Below are positions 10,100-12,328 of a stretch of DNA of 12,328 nt, piece by piece; positions within the stretch are counted from its first letter, which is position 1, and every line of letters begins with the position of its first letter. The stretch comes from Azolla caroliniana (Eukaryota > Plantae > Polypodiophyta). Position numbers and translations under genes: made by a program. The stretch lies in contig JBHGNT010001076.1 of NCBI GenBank assembly GCA_043228905.1, forward strand, positions 1 to 12,328, read 5' to 3'. The notes below the pieces were generated by a model. The model was not told where the DNA came from. It saw nothing but the letters and a program-made list of their open reading frames with translations, and did not search any database.

Positions 10100-10650
10100 G
10101 CTGTGTAAGGCTTAGTTTTCTAACTTAAAATATTGGTCATAGGACAAATATATGTAAGAAACTTGACCATTTTGTAGTTTGTGGAGGACTACCATTTATT
10201 AGGTAAAAATAGTTAATGGCCAATAAGATTGTAATGTGAGAGGAACCCTTTAGGTTTTCCAACTTGCATAAAAGGGCAAGCGCTCTTATGTAGAAGGCGT
10301 CTTTGGGTGCCCAACTATGGGGCTGATTTTTGGATCTCATTCTACCCTTTTTATATTCAATAAGAGCCACTTTTCTTGTTAAGTATCTAACATCCATGAT
10401 CCAGGACAAGAACCATGAAGACATCGTCACAAGAATACATAGAAATATCAAAGGAACACTAGAAAAAAGGGGGAGATAGTCTCACCCTAAACTAGAGGGC
10501 AAATGACCTACCATTTGGAAAATCGTCTCAAAGACTGTCCTTCAACCATCATTCATCCTCTCATTTTGGATTAGCTTCTTTCTTCTTGCTAGACATAATG
10601 ATCATTATTTACTAGCTAAAGTTTTACATAAAAACTTGCATTCACATTGA
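10100..10650 (-). pseudogene. Possible LINE ORF1 remnant (DUF4283-like)
   Basis: With frameshifts, reads FFLVF-FD...DDVFMVL-PGSWML at ~10470-10385, resembling the F.v.F...VL..GPW motif; lies upstream of ORF2 as expected. Confidence 0.3.
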
Positions 10651-11649
10651 AACTAGTACCACAAATTCTTCTTCAAACCCTACTTTCTATGCCATACACA
10701 TGCTCGCTTGCTTTGTCTTTCACATGTGTGAATGACTTCTCTGTGAAAACATATATTTGTACTTGATGTGGGCGCGGTGGATGTAATGCATGCAACATCA
10801 GACAACGGCAACGACAACAACAACAATTGTGGTTAAAACGGTAGGGGCTACAACTACTACAATGACAACAATTGTGAAGGCGATGGAAAGCACTCACTGC
10901 TTCATCAACAATGGTAGAGCTTATGCGTCTCCCTCTCAACTATTCTTTTTCTCAATGTTTCTCTAGAAATATTGTGATGATAATGTAACTATTCTTTACT
11001 ACCACTACATGATGCAATAATGTGCATCTTTAAGATGGCTAATGTTCAAGTAGTACCTCTAATCGAAGACATTAAGAGTATCGTGAGTAAAAGGAATGAA
11101 TTTAAAAGAGATGGCCGAAGTTTCAACTGGACTTGAATTATGGGTGCAGGGTAGTTCACATCTTCATAGATATGTCTATGTCACCAAGTCTTTCTATGAG
11201 ACAATGCCTAGATCGTGATACAAATGACACTCGTGATGAGTGCTACCCAAATTAATAGGTACAAACTAGCTTTGCATTCGTGCCAGAGGGAATACAGTTT
11301 ACCATAAAACCGTAGATAGAGGAGGAATACCTTTGAGGGATGGTGAGGGTCAATGAGTGAATGGAGAACAAGAGCTCAAGCCATTAGGTGTAGGCACAAC
11401 GAGGTTGAATTTTCAGCGTTGTTTCTGTTTGACCCGAGGTTGATCGATGTAGCCATGAGTAGGTTGAATTGAGCTCCCCAAGAAATGGGAGAAGAATCAA
11501 ATCTTTGGCTACATGCCTAGTGAAGAATGAGCCGTCGACTTGTGGGTAGGGGGGGAGTCGGGACCCTTGAGGCCATTACGAAAGTGAGTCTACAAACCCA
11601 AAGCATTAGTTACATACATACATTTATACACATACAAGTATACCAATGG

Positions 11650-11734
<85 letters not shown>

Positions 11735-11738
11735 TACA
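11650..11738. repeat. (ATACAC)~15 hexanucleotide microsatellite
   Basis: Read directly; produces the HI/YV/CM repeat ORFs in the track. Confidence 0.95.
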
Positions 11739-12009
11739 AAGCCTTAGAATTAGAAACCAACATATACATATGCATTTGTGAACACATATACATATACATG
11801 TACATATACTGTTATACATATACATATACACAGCCTTAGAATTAAAAGCCCACATTGACGGGGAGCTATGTATTTGTGGACACATAGACATATACATATA
11901 CATATACATGTACATATGTATATACATATACATATACCGTATACGTATACATATTCAAAGGCTTAGAATTAGAATACCAGACTGACGGGAAGCTATGCTT
12001 ATGTGGATA
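11738..12009. repeat. Composite repeat: three ~50-bp cores (AGCCTTAGAATTA.AA..CCA...TGACGGG.AGCTATG..T.TGTGGA) separated by (CATATA)n tracts
   Basis: Cores at ~11738-11785, 11830-11883 and 11957-12009. Confidence 0.8.
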
Positions 12010-12299
12010 TGGCAGCTCTGATGAAGAGCTTCTAGAAGCTTTCCAGAAAAACAATTCTTGGGACCCGTCAGAATCCTGTTCATTCTCCAAAGCTTCGATG
12101 GACATGGCAAAATCTTGGAACTTACCCATACGCCATAGCATCGAAAACTCTGCTAAGACCCACCTTCCCTTCCTTCCCCTGCACTCAAAAAGCTTCAAAA
12201 CACTGCAAATTGTTTCTACTTCAGAACCCAAATCATCACAAAATGTGGTTTTAGAAGAACCTATGAGTAGTGCATCTTCTGGTTCGTCATTATATTTGC
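11866..12299 (-). CDS. Unidentified open frame, possibly the terminal exon (or pseudo-exon) of a gene starting beyond the window
   Basis: Stop-free frame of ~145 codons (…YNDEPEDALLIGSSKTTFCDDLGSEVETICSVLKLFECRGRKGRWVLAEFSMLWRMGKFQDFAMSIEALENEQDSDGSQE…) preceded by a pyrimidine tract, CTGAT and a candidate CAG acceptor near 12279; no family recognised. Confidence 0.3.
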
Positions 12300-12328
12300 A
12301 TGATCAGAAGAGAGAAGGTTTTTTTATG

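Larger units (their letters stand above)
5650..10650 (-). mobile_element. Degenerate L1/Tx1-type non-LTR retrotransposon (LINE) with nested insertions; both ends approximate
   Basis: Ordered minus-strand motifs: EN LKCVAYNIRG (9740-9711) and LVCVQEH (9651-9631); RT KGLIKLFPKR (7985-7956), YKLVAKMLTNR (7903-7871), SIRHGCP (7559-7539), ILFAIATHPLL, YIDD (7416-7405), HLG (~7055), WPLHLRLIIVQS (~6900); zf-RVT RIWPTDLP-KINFFM...FPVGINL...CMRY...HLLWNC (6160-6000). Many stops and frameshifts. Confidence 0.88.

Noticed and set aside
11527-11933. His-Ile, Tyr-Val and Cys-Met repeat proteins
   Set aside because: Translations of stop-free hexamer microsatellites
11738-12009. CRISPR-like repeat-spacer pattern
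   Set aside because: The apparent spacers are microsatellites, and the cores are diverged and irregularly spaced

Overview
Eukaryotic, AT-rich land-plant genomic DNA; the lineage cannot be fixed from sequence alone. (1) 734-4640 (+): an intact 9-exon gene for a 184-aa thioredoxin-fold peroxiredoxin-like protein (AhpC/TSA, PRX_like1 type, CNHCPY motif), preceded by a microsatellite-rich promoter/5'UTR. It has an extra C-terminal CxxC (CVGC) and no AUG-initiated transit peptide. (2) ~5650-10650 (-): a decayed L1/Tx1-type LINE (possible ORF1 remnant, endonuclease N-terminus, RT, zf-RVT). It is interrupted by a degenerate ~56-bp minisatellite, an 822-bp solo LTR with a 4-bp TSD and a perfect 7x31-bp tandem array next to an apparent endonuclease deletion. 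(3) 11600-12328: a composite repeat/microsatellite region and an unidentified open frame, possibly the last exon of a minus-strand gene. No CRISPR, RNA gene or clearly new multi-gene system is supported. Most ORFs in the supplied track are spurious or are fragments of these features.
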